Shown one piece after another: positions 37,832 to 46,539 of a stretch of 64,000 nucleotides of DNA. Numbering within the stretch: position 1 is the first letter of the stretch; the number at the start of each line of letters is the position of its first letter. A program made the position numbers and the translations under genes. The stretch is from assembly GCA_035692185.1 (NCBI GenBank), contig DASSIE010000023.1, forward strand, positions 8,259 through 72,258. The letters are read 5' to 3'. This DNA comes from Patescibacteria group bacterium. Its GTDB lineage: Bacteria; Patescibacteriota; Microgenomatia; UBA8517. Below the pieces are notes generated by a model. That model saw nothing but the letters and a program-made list of their open reading frames with translations, was not told the origin of the DNA and did no database searches.

Positions 37832-38766
37832 CGGATACAAGCTTTACATCTTTAATCAGCAGCGCACAATCTATTTTAATCGTTCTTCCAACCAAGCCTT
37901 ACTTTGATCAAGTTGCCTCAGCCCTGGCTTTATATCTTTCCTTAAAAGACAAAGCAAACATAAACCTATTTTGTCCAATCCCAATGAATGTGTCTTTTAA
38001 TAGGCTGGTTGGCATTAACATGGTTAAAAGTGAAGTTGGAAACAAAAATTTAACTTTAAAGTTTGTAGGATATGACGCTAACAATATAGAAAAAGTTAGT
38101 TATGATATTGAAAATAGTGAATTTAAGCTTACAGTTGTTCCAAAAGCTGGTCTTCCGGCACCCGAAAAAGAGCAATTAGATTTAAGTTTTAGTGGAGCCT
38201 CGGCTGACCTGGTAATTTTAATTGGTGGGGCAAACGATACACATTTTCCAATTTTGGCGTCAGAGGAACTAGCAAACTTAAAAATAGCCCACATTGGAAC
38301 CCGAGTTTTGGCTTCATCCCGTGACATACTTTCTTTTGCTAAGCCAGGTTCTTCCGCTTCCGAGCTTGTTGCTAATTTAATTAAAGAAGGAGGATTAGAA
38401 CTAGACGCGGATACTGCAACAAACTTAGTAATGGGAGTTGAGGAGGGAAGCAATCATTTTGAAAGTAGTGAAGTAACCCCGGAGACTTTTGAAACTTTTG
38501 CACATCTTCTCCGAAGTGGCGGAAAACGCCCTTTGCGTGAGAGATTAAGCCCAACTAATTTTCCAGCAGGTTCAATCCCAACTCAACCATTTGATAAACC
38601 AGTAATGCAGGCCCCCGTAATTAATGAATCAGAAACTACGGACCCGGAAAATACTCAAGAGACTGAGCAAGTAATTAATCCCCCAGCCGACTGGCTAGCC
38701 CAACCTAAGGTGTATAAAGGGGCTTCTTCAACCCAGCCAGATTCTTACAGTGAAAATAAGGGCTGA
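37828..38766 (+). CDS. DHH/DHHA1-fold (NrnA-like) protein with degenerate catalytic motifs
   Basis: The architecture aligns with NrnA, but the DHH motifs are replaced: PTKPYFDQ in place of the RPDPD..G motif, and KIAHIGTR in place of IDHH. Confidence 0.35.
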   Translation: MTDTSFTSLISSAQSILIVLPTKPYFDQVASALALYLSLKDKANINLFCPIPMNVSFNRLVGINMVKSEVGNKNLTLKFVGYDANNIEKVSYDIENSEFKLTVVPKAGLPAPEKEQLDLSFSGASADLVILIGGANDTHFPILASEELANLKIAHIGTRVLASSRDILSFAKPGSSASELVANLIKEGGLELDADTATNLVMGVEEGSNHFESSEVTPETFETFAHLLRSGGKRPLRERLSPTNFPAGSIPTQPFDKPVMQAPVINESETTDPENTQETEQVINPPADWLAQPKVYKGASSTQPDSYSENKG

Positions 38767-38821
38767 TACAGCTAAAGGGTAATTTTACAAAAAGACAGGT
38801 GTAAGTTAGAATTTAAACGAC

Positions 38822-39403
38822 ATGTCTGATAAAAAATATAGTGAGATATATCCCATGATGGATGAACTTCGTAAAGCGGTTGATCCATTGATAAAACTAA
38901 AGGAAATAGACCAAGAGAAAGAACGAAAAAGAATTGAAGAAATTGAATCCCGATTTAAAGAAATTAGTATAAAAGCAGAGAATATTCACTCAGAACTTCT
39001 AGCACGGAAAAAAGAAGGCTTACCAAAGAAAAAATTGACAGACAATGGTGATGGAACATTTGGACTTTTTAATCCTGAGACGGAAAGTGCCCATCTATTA
39101 ATTATTGACACAATGAATGTTCAATCAGATTACACTGCCTATTTTCAGTATAGAAAAATGGAAGAACATGTTGAATTTCAGTTTGACAAAGACGATAAAT
39201 TGAAACAGGTAAGTTTCATAGATGTAAAAGCCATGCAAAGGAATGAGGCACATGAACCAAGCTTTTATGAGTACAGAACAACCTACAAAATGGAGGCAAA
39301 AGATCTTATTGAATCACAAAAATTGGTTGATCAATTGTCCCCCAGATTACAACCCCTCTTTGACTCGTTCAACAAGCCAGAGATTAAACCGTTAGATCAG
39401 TAG
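38822..39403 (+). CDS. Hypothetical protein
   Basis: 193 aa ORF with a coiled-coil-like N-terminus. Confidence 0.3.
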   Translation: MSDKKYSEIYPMMDELRKAVDPLIKLKEIDQEKERKRIEEIESRFKEISIKAENIHSELLARKKEGLPKKKLTDNGDGTFGLFNPETESAHLLIIDTMNVQSDYTAYFQYRKMEEHVEFQFDKDDKLKQVSFIDVKAMQRNEAHEPSFYEYRTTYKMEAKDLIESQKLVDQLSPRLQPLFDSFNKPEIKPLDQ

Positions 39404-39493
39404 AATTCCCTCTTTGAGTTATCCACAGAGTGTGCTAAAATACCCTAGATGTTGGCGAGGTTTAACCACTTTGGCCACACATGACTACACAAA

Positions 39494-39763
39494 ATGGCAT
39501 TAAAATTAGACGAGAAAAAAGATTTAATAAAAAAGTTTGCCCGCGAGAAGGGTGACACAGGTTCACCTGAAGTCCAAATTGCCCTTCTTTCTATCCAAAT
39601 CGACAAGCTCATAGCTCACCTTAAAGAGCACAAAAAAGACGTACATAGTAGACGTGGACTTCTGAGTATGGTCGCAAAACGCAGAAGGCTCTTAAGTTAT
39701 TTGCAAAGACGAGACGAAGATAGATACAAAAAGTTGGTTAGTGACTTAAAGTTTGACAAGTAG
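39494..39763 (+). CDS. rpsO: 30S ribosomal protein S15
   Basis: 89 aa. [38 protein letters not shown] is the bS15 signature. Confidence 0.85.
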   Translation: MALKLDEKKDLIKKFAREKGDTGSPEVQIALLSIQIDKLIAHLKEHKKDVHSRRGLLSMVAKRRRLLSYLQRRDEDRYKKLVSDLKFDK

Positions 39764-39907
39764 TAAAATATACGAAGTGTGAACATGGAAGTTTGAAGTC
39801 GGAAACGATGTCTGAAAATAGAAATTAGAATTCAGACCTCAAAATTCAACTTCAAATTTCATTATCGAATTTCAGAATTCAAACATCTCACTTCATAAAA
39901 CAAAAAG
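39764..39907 (+). repeat. Intergenic repeat, copy 3 (more diverged, upstream of pnp)
   Basis: TACGAAGT...GAAGTTTGAAG...GGAAACGATGT...TCGAATTTCAGAATTCAAAC. Confidence 0.3.
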
Positions 39908-42244
39908 ATGAAAAAGATCGAAAAATCAATTAAATTAGGAACAGGAACCCTTAGTTTAACCACAGGAGAACTTGCCGAACAAGCAGCTGGTTCAATAATG
40001 GCGCGAATGGGTGACACTGTAGTTCTTGCCACCGTAGCTTCCGCTCCACTTAAAGGCGAACTTGATTATTTTCCACTCTCTGTTGAATACCTTGAAAGAC
40101 TTTATGCCGGTGGACGCATTAAAGGTTCTAAATGGGTTAAAAAAGAAGGCAGACCAACTGACGAGGAAATCCTCTCCGCCAGGTTAATAGACCGCTCAAT
40201 TCGCCCACTTTTCCCAAAGACTTATAAACGAGAAGTTCAAATAATCGTTACCGTGTTAGCAGTGGACATGGAAAACGACCCAACTATTTTGGGCGCAATT
40301 GCAGCCTCGGCCGCGGTTCATGTCTCTTCCCTTCCTTGGAAAGGCCCAGTAGCCCCACTTACAATCGGACTTATCGACGGCAAATACCAAGTAAACCCGG
40401 TAAATGCAGAGATGAAAAAGTCCTTAATGGACTTAACAGTTTCTTCAACCAAAGAAGCGGTTTTAATGGTCGAAGCTGGAGCCAATGAAGTAACTGAAGA
40501 CCAAATAGTAAAAGGTGTTGAGTTTGCACAAAAAGAATCAAAAGCAGTTTTAAAACTTATTGAAGAAATTGCAAAAGAAGTTGGGAGAACCCGTGATGTT
40601 TATGAAGAGGAAAAACCTTCAGAAGAACTTGAAACTAAAGTTAAAAAATTAGTTGGAACTAAAATTGCTGGGGTTGTAGAAAGTTTGGTTCATGTAGAAA
40701 ATGGAAGAAGTAACGAACTCCAGGATTTAATTGATTTAGTTACAAAAGATATAGACGAACTCGAAGCAAAATGGGTTCCAGAAATAATCGATCATATGAA
40801 GAAAGATTATATTAGGGAACAAATCCTTAAAAAGGGAGTCAGGCCAGATGGTAGAAAATTAACTGAAGTCCGCAAATTATCAGGGGAGGTTGGGTATTTA
40901 CCAAGGGTTCATGGATCAGCCTTATTTAAAAGAGGTGAGACTCATGTTTTGTCAGTTGCAACACTTGGCCCACAATCAGGAGGACAGCTTTCAGAGTCTG
41001 CCGAAGGTGAATTTGAAAAGAGCTACATGCACCAGTATTCAATGCCACCTTACGCATCTGGTGAGACTGGAAGATTTGGTAACCCTGGTAGACGAGAAAT
41101 CGGCCACGGTGCACTTGCTGAACGCGCTTTAGTTCCAGTTATCCCTGATCAAGCAGTATTCCCTTATGCAATCCGAGTAGTCTCTGAAGTTATGAGTTCA
41201 AACGGTTCTACTTCGATGGCTTCGGTAGTAGGCTCAACATTATCTTTAATGGATGCTGGTGTCCCACTTAAATCTCCCGTTGCTGGAATTGCAATGGGTC
41301 TTATTATCGAGTCGGAAAAAGAATTTGCGGTGTTATCAGACATTATGGGGATTGAGGACTTTAATGGAGATATGGACTTTAAAGTTGCGGGAACTGCTAA
41401 AGGAATTACAGCCTTACAGCTTGATGTTAAAACGTTAAACTTAACCTCGGCAATTTTAGCAACAGCACTAGAACAATCAAAAGACGCAAGAGCACAAGTT
41501 ATGAAAGTTATTTTAGACACACTTTCCGAGTCCCGTAAAGAAGTTTCTAAATATGCACCAAAAATTATGGTTGTTAAAATTCCAGCCGACAGAATTGGTG
41601 AATTTGTAGGCCCAGGGGGAAAGAATATCAAAAAGTTAATTGCAGACACTGGAACTCAAATTGAAGTTAATGATGATGGAAATGTAAGCGTCTCAGGAGT
41701 TGACCCAGAAGCAATGGCCAAAGCAGTAGCTTGGGTAGAAGGATTTGCAAAAGAAGTAGCCCCAGGAGAGGTTTACGAAGGAGAAGTCGTACGCATTATG
41801 CCTTTTGGAGCATTTGTTAACATTTTGCCAAACAAAGATGGAATGGTACACGTTTCCGACATGGGTCAGGAAGGTTTTGTAAATAGTGCCGAGGATGTAG
41901 TTCACATTGGTCAAAAAGTTACAGTTCGTGTTAAGAAGATTGACGATATGGGAAGAATTAATTTGTCTATGAATATTGATCCTGCAAAGGACGCTGAAAT
42001 AGAAGCTGCAAAGCAAGCAAAATTTGGTGATAGACCAGCAAGAACTGGCGGCAATTTTGGTGGAGGTTCCCGTGGTGGCCCAAGAAGATTTGATAGTAGA
42101 GGTGGTGGGAGGTCTGGTGGATTTTCAAGAGGAAATGACAGGCCAGGTTTTTCCAGACAAGATAATAATGGCGGAGCAGGTGGTCCACATTTCCCAACAA
42201 GTAGATTAGTTGACGATAGCGCCAAAAAAGACTTCAATAGATAA
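39908..42244 (+). CDS. pnp: Polyribonucleotide nucleotidyltransferase (PNPase) with RGG-rich C-terminal tail
   Basis: Two RNase PH domains, KH and S1 domains, then RPARTGGNFGGGSRGGPRRFDSRGGGRSGGFSRGNDRPGFS. Confidence 0.9.
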   Translation: MKKIEKSIKLGTGTLSLTTGELAEQAAGSIMARMGDTVVLATVASAPLKGELDYFPLSVEYLERLYAGGRIKGSKWVKKEGRPTDEEILSARLIDRSIRPLFPKTYKREVQIIVTVLAVDMENDPTILGAIAASAAVHVSSLPWKGPVAPLTIGLIDGKYQVNPVNAEMKKSLMDLTVSSTKEAVLMVEAGANEVTEDQIVKGVEFAQKESKAVLKLIEEIAKEVGRTRDVYEEEKPSEELETKVKKLVGTKIAGVVESLVHVENGRSNELQDLIDLVTKDIDELEAKWVPEIIDHMKKDYIREQILKKGVRPDGRKLTEVRKLSGEVGYLPRVHGSALFKRGETHVLSVATLGPQSGGQLSESAEGEFEKSYMHQYSMPPYASGETGRFGNPGRREIGHGALAERALVPVIPDQAVFPYAIRVVSEVMSSNGSTSMASVVGSTLSLMDAGVPLKSPVAGIAMGLIIESEKEFAVLSDIMGIEDFNGDMDFKVAGTAKGITALQLDVKTLNLTSAILATALEQSKDARAQVMKVILDTLSESRKEVSKYAPKIMVVKIPADRIGEFVGPGGKNIKKLIADTGTQIEVNDDGNVSVSGVDPEAMAKAVAWVEGFAKEVAPGEVYEGEVVRIMPFGAFVNILPNKDGMVHVSDMGQEGFVNSAEDVVHIGQKVTVRVKKIDDMGRINLSMNIDPAKDAEIEAAKQAKFGDRPARTGGNFGGGSRGGPRRFDSRGGGRSGGFSRGNDRPGFSRQDNNGGAGGPHFPTSRLVDDSAKKDFNR

Positions 42245-42269
42245 CAACTTCGTGCTAGGATGAATTAGT

Positions 42270-42375
42270 CTAATTAACCTAATTATACTAATTATTCTAA
42301 ATAAATCCCAAATACCAATTGGTACTTTTAGAATTGGAGCTTATTTAGGTCAATTAGAAATTAGAACAATTAGAA
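42270..42375 (+). promoter_or_regulatory. Direct-repeat and palindrome cluster upstream of the Lon-like gene
   Basis: Three CTAATTA copies at 9 bp spacing (42270, 42279, 42288). A perfect 12 bp palindrome TACCAATTGGTA (42313-42324). Three TTAGAA copies (42354-42375) just before the ATG at 42386. Confidence 0.35.
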
Positions 42376-42385
42376 ATTTTAAAAT

Positions 42386-43432
42386 ATGGATTCTGCCTCC
42401 CAAGAAATTGTTACGTTAATAGACCGAATTAAACGAGCCGATTTGCCAGACAAACTTCGTGAAATGGTTCTGATTCGCCTTAACCAATTAACTAAATTAA
42501 CCAATTCCCCCTCTTTTTTACCAGAGTTTGATAGCATAGAAAAATATATTGATTGGATTACGGCGTTGCCGTGGAACAAAAAAACTCAAGATACACTAGA
42601 TTTGGAAAACGCTAAGAAAATTTTAGAAAAACATCATTATGGTTTAGCTGACATTAAAGAGAGGGTACTAGAGTACATGTCTGTTATGAAGTTAAAACAA
42701 GAAAAAGGTGAAGCGGCGGACATTTACAGAGCTCCAATATTGTGTTTTGTGGGACTAGTTGGAACCGGTAAAACTACAATTGCATATTCTATTGCGGAAG
42801 CTCTTGGAAGGCCAATTGCCCGTATTCCTTTTGGAGGAATGGGAGACCCTTTGGACCTTCGTGGACAAAGCCGTATGCACTCAGAAGCTGAACCTGGGAA
42901 AATTATTAAGTCCCTTAGAGATACCCAAAGCCGTAATCCTGTAATACTGTTGGATGAAATTGACCGCGTAACGGAACAAGGAAGAAGCTCCATAATGGGT
43001 GTTTTGGTTGAACTGTTGGACCCTAAACAGAACCACGCATTTAGTGATCATTATATTGATTTTCCATTTGATCTATCCGAAGCACTCTTTATTGCAACCG
43101 CGAATAATACGACCAACATCGCAACCGCTGTTATGGATAGGTTGGAGCCTATCAGCATGCCAAGCTATTCCGATGCAGAGAAAATTGTTATCGCACAAAA
43201 GTATATTTTACCAACCGCGATGAAAGCCTCGGGGCTTCCTGACGGATCCTTAAAAATTGCGGATGATGTTTGGGCAAATATAGTTAGACCTCTGGGTTAT
43301 GATGGTGGTATTCGTACATTGGAGCGCAATATTGATGGAATTGTGAGAAAAGTTGCTAAATTGATTGTGGAAGGAAAAACTACTGCCGTTGAGATTAATT
43401 CCACAAATGTCAAGACGTTCTTGCCTCAGTAA
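42386..43432 (+). CDS. Lon-like AAA+ ATPase module lacking the N-terminal LAN and C-terminal protease domains
   Basis: EKYIDWITALPWNKKTQD...HHYGLADIKERVLEYMSV, then ILCFVGLVGTGKTTIAYSIAEALGRP (Walker A), ILLDEIDRV (Walker B), and sensor 2 GGIRTLER. The protein ends right after the AAA module. Confidence 0.6.
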   Translation: MDSASQEIVTLIDRIKRADLPDKLREMVLIRLNQLTKLTNSPSFLPEFDSIEKYIDWITALPWNKKTQDTLDLENAKKILEKHHYGLADIKERVLEYMSVMKLKQEKGEAADIYRAPILCFVGLVGTGKTTIAYSIAEALGRPIARIPFGGMGDPLDLRGQSRMHSEAEPGKIIKSLRDTQSRNPVILLDEIDRVTEQGRSSIMGVLVELLDPKQNHAFSDHYIDFPFDLSEALFIATANNTTNIATAVMDRLEPISMPSYSDAEKIVIAQKYILPTAMKASGLPDGSLKIADDVWANIVRPLGYDGGIRTLERNIDGIVRKVAKLIVEGKTTAVEINSTNVKTFLPQ

Positions 43433-43446
43433 TGTAAAATAGCCGT

Positions 43447-43923
43447 ATGAAGATTTTAGTTATTTCAGACAGTCACGGCAATATTGCAAACATAAAGCAT
43501 GTAATGGGGTTTGCCAAAAATATTAAAGTTAGTGCCGTAATTCACTGTGGGGATTGGGATAATGAAGAATCAGTTGAAGCAGTTTTATCTTTTGGAATTC
43601 CACTTTATTCAATTCTAGGAAATGCGGATGTCGACTCCAAATTAGAAGACATGTTGAAATTTGAGTGCAAAAAATTTGAAGAAAATTTACTTCAATTTGA
43701 ACTTGATAGCCGAAAAATTTCTGTCATTCACCAAGTAAAACTGGATGACGAAAGATTAAAGAACCAAGATGTAGTTTTTTCTGGCCATTACCATTCCAAA
43801 GAAATTAAAGAAATCAATTTTGTAAAATTTGTGCGCCCCGGGGCACTTATTAATGGAAACGACTTTGCAGTTTATGAAACTACAAATAATGAGATAGAAT
43901 TCTTTACAGATGTCGAAATTTGA
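43447..43923 (+). CDS. Metallophosphoesterase (YfcE/MJ0936 family)
   Basis: MKILVISDSHGN ... HCGDWDN ... GHYH are the calcineurin-like motifs. Confidence 0.6.
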   Translation: MKILVISDSHGNIANIKHVMGFAKNIKVSAVIHCGDWDNEESVEAVLSFGIPLYSILGNADVDSKLEDMLKFECKKFEENLLQFELDSRKISVIHQVKLDDERLKNQDVVFSGHYHSKEIKEINFVKFVRPGALINGNDFAVYETTNNEIEFFTDVEI

Positions 43924-44527
43924 CGAACTTCACAATCTTAAAGACAAAATGGAAAAGGATGACGCACTGCCTCTTAAAAAGGGTGCTACCAAACTAGTTT
44001 TTGGTAGTGGAAACACAGAAGCAAAAGTTCTTTTAATTGGGGAAGGGCCTGGGAGAAATGAAGATGCTACAGGTTTACCATTTGTTGGCCAAGCGGGAAA
44101 ACTTTTGGATAAACTTTTAATCTTGGCGGGACTGGAAAGAAAGAAGGTTTTCATCACGAACGTAGTTCACCACAGACCTCCGGAAAATCGCGACCCACTC
44201 CCAAACGAAATTGAAGCTTACGGAAAATATTTAGATGAAATTATCAAAATCATTAATCCTAAATTAATAATAACCTTGGGGAGGTTTTCCATGGCTAAAT
44301 TTTTACCAGATGTTTTCATTTCAAATGTTCACGGCAAAATATTTCCGATTCAGTTCAACAGTCGACAGTTAACAGTTCTACCTATGTATCACCCAGCGGC
44401 ATCTCTCAGAAATGGCACAATATTAAAGTCCGAAGAGGCAGACTTTATTAATTTAAAAACTATGTTACCCGAGCTTTTGAGCGCAAAAAGTGATATAGTA
44501 GGGGTTCAACAAGAGAATCTTGTTTAA
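43910..44527 (+). CDS. Uracil-DNA glycosylase, family 4
   Basis: The GEGPGRNEDATGLPFVGQAGKLL motif (GEAPG...PFVG.AG) and a C-terminal HPAASLRN motif. Confidence 0.7.
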   Translation: MSKFDELHNLKDKMEKDDALPLKKGATKLVFGSGNTEAKVLLIGEGPGRNEDATGLPFVGQAGKLLDKLLILAGLERKKVFITNVVHHRPPENRDPLPNEIEAYGKYLDEIIKIINPKLIITLGRFSMAKFLPDVFISNVHGKIFPIQFNSRQLTVLPMYHPAASLRNGTILKSEEADFINLKTMLPELLSAKSDIVGVQQENLV

Positions 44528-44625
44528 ATTTACAATTTTCAGTTTTCAATTGTCATTGAATTTTCAATGTTTCAATTTTTGAAAATTATATAATTGCAAA
44601 TTTATTGTAAATTGATAATTAATAA

Positions 44626-46293
44626 TTGAAAATTATGGAAAAACAACTGAAATTTATTGCATTATCAGGAACCACCGACGTTACAGAAAACTTGTACGTC
44701 TACGAATATGGGGACAGCATGATGATTGTTGACTGCGGCGTTGGGTTTCCGGACTTGGAAATGCCTGGGGTTGAGTTGGTTATTCCGGACTTTTCCTACA
44801 TCGTAAAAAACAAACACAAACTAAAAGGAATAGTTCTGTCTCAAGGTCATGACGATCACGTTGGTGCACTTCCATTTCTTTTTAAACAAATCCCGGTGGT
44901 ACCCATTTGGTGCCCACCAATAGTTACCGAATTTTTAAAAGTTAAATTTAAAGATTACAAAGTTTTTGATTACAAATTAAATACTTTTAATCCCGACACA
45001 GATGTATTCGAAGTTGGTCCTTTTAAAATTACTCCCTTCCGCGTTACCCATTCAGTTCCCGATACTGTAGGGTTTGCAATTGACACGCCAGAGGGCAGAA
45101 TTTTCCATGTGGCCGAGCACAAGATGGATCAAACTTCAGTCGATGGAATGAGTTTTGATATTGTCAAAGCTAAAAAATTAGCGGCAGAAAAACCGGTTTT
45201 GTGTCTAATGTCGGACTGCCTGGGTTCAAATCACCCTGGAATGGCTCCAAGCAGTGTTGGAATCGAAAACAATATGTTTAATATTGTAAGAAGTGCAAAG
45301 CAAGCGGTTTATATGACTGCGATTTCTTCTTCAATCGGGAGGTTCCAGCAAATGATCAGAGTAGCCGAAAGAGTTAACAGAAAAGTTGTATTAGTTGGCC
45401 GTTCAATTCAAAGCAAAATCGAAATTTCTGAAAAATTGGGTTACATAAAAATATTGCCAGATCAAATAGTTAACTTGAGAGACGCGGGGAACTATCATCC
45501 AGAAAAACTTTTATACATCGTCGCCGGTTGTTACGGCCAGCCCGGAAGTTCGGTTTACAGAATGGCATTAGGGGAACACGAGAAAGTTGAAATAAATAAA
45601 GACGATACCTTTATTTTCTCAGCTGACCCGGGCCCGGCATACTCTAAAGAGAGTATCGATTTTATGGTAGATAAATTAACAGAGAAAGAAGTCGATGTGC
45701 ATTATTATGATTTAAACGAAGGTTTGCATGTATCTGGCCACGGTGGACAGGCCGACATTGTTGAGTTATTTAATATCGTAAAACCAAAGTATTTTGTTCC
45801 AACCGGCGGGACAATTCGTTATATGAAATCTTATGAAAACCTTGTGGTAGCTAATGGTTCACCAAAGGAAAATGTGTTTAGGTTAAAACCCGGCGAAAGT
45901 GTAATTTTTGATAAAGGTAATGCCCATCGCGGTGAAACAATTTCTGTTAAAGAGGTTTTTGTACATGGTTTGGGGATTGGGGATATCGGTAAGGTTGTAT
46001 TGGAGGATAGGACTGCATTGGGTAAGGAAGGTGTTGTCGTTGCTGCGATTAAAGTTAGTAAAGATGGAAATGTTGTTGGAATGCCAGAGTTAACAAGTCG
46101 TGGATTTGTTTTTGAACAAAGATATGGAAAAGTTTTAGACGACGCATCATACGAACTAAGTAACGTATTTAAAAAGAAGAAATTAGGGGACGCTACAACT
46201 GTAAGAAATTTTGCAAATAAGTTCTTGGAAAAATATTTCTTCGATAAAACCCGCAGAAGCCCAATGATTCTACCTTTGGTTGTTGAAGTTTAG
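44626..46293 (+). CDS. rnj: Ribonuclease J (metallo-beta-lactamase / beta-CASP)
   Basis: HGHDDHVGALPFL (HxHxDH) and the beta-CASP region. 555 aa. Confidence 0.8.
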   Translation: MKIMEKQLKFIALSGTTDVTENLYVYEYGDSMMIVDCGVGFPDLEMPGVELVIPDFSYIVKNKHKLKGIVLSQGHDDHVGALPFLFKQIPVVPIWCPPIVTEFLKVKFKDYKVFDYKLNTFNPDTDVFEVGPFKITPFRVTHSVPDTVGFAIDTPEGRIFHVAEHKMDQTSVDGMSFDIVKAKKLAAEKPVLCLMSDCLGSNHPGMAPSSVGIENNMFNIVRSAKQAVYMTAISSSIGRFQQMIRVAERVNRKVVLVGRSIQSKIEISEKLGYIKILPDQIVNLRDAGNYHPEKLLYIVAGCYGQPGSSVYRMALGEHEKVEINKDDTFIFSADPGPAYSKESIDFMVDKLTEKEVDVHYYDLNEGLHVSGHGGQADIVELFNIVKPKYFVPTGGTIRYMKSYENLVVANGSPKENVFRLKPGESVIFDKGNAHRGETISVKEVFVHGLGIGDIGKVVLEDRTALGKEGVVVAAIKVSKDGNVVGMPELTSRGFVFEQRYGKVLDDASYELSNVFKKKKLGDATTVRNFANKFLEKYFFDKTRRSPMILPLVVEV

Positions 46294-46297
46294 TTTT

Positions 46298-46327
46298 AAT
46301 ATTTCTTTGCTCGCACAAAGAAATATT
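46298..46327 (+). terminator. Perfect 12-13 bp stem hairpin immediately after the rnj stop
   Basis: AATATTTCTTTG-ctcgca-CAAAGAAATATT. A GC-rich element follows (AAAGTGCGCGCTTTTT, 46333-46348). Confidence 0.35.
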
Positions 46328-46539
46328 AGAAAGAAAGTGCGCGCTTTTTCCTCGTCATCCATTCATTCACTCGCTCATATCATGCAAAAGAACTCTGCTT
46401 GCTCAAGGCAAGCCTTAAACATACTTTTGCTCTTTTGAATTCGCTCGTTCACTCATGGAGTCCTCACAAACGCTTGAGAGATAAAATATTTATTGTTTTG
46501 CTTTTCAAATTTTATTTCAAATAGGTATAATGTATTGGT

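Noticed and set aside
39404-39493. Possible tRNA or S15 autoregulatory pseudoknot in the rpsO leader
   Set aside because: The leader has some partial self-complementarity (GGTTTAACC, TTGGCC), but I could not find convincing stems. A regulatory element is not supported from sequence alone.
41164-42237. Antisense ORFs inside pnp, including a Pro-rich 108 aa frame opposite the RGG tail
   Set aside because: This is a reverse-complement artefact of the Gly/Arg-rich coding repeat. The pnp frame is clearly the real one.
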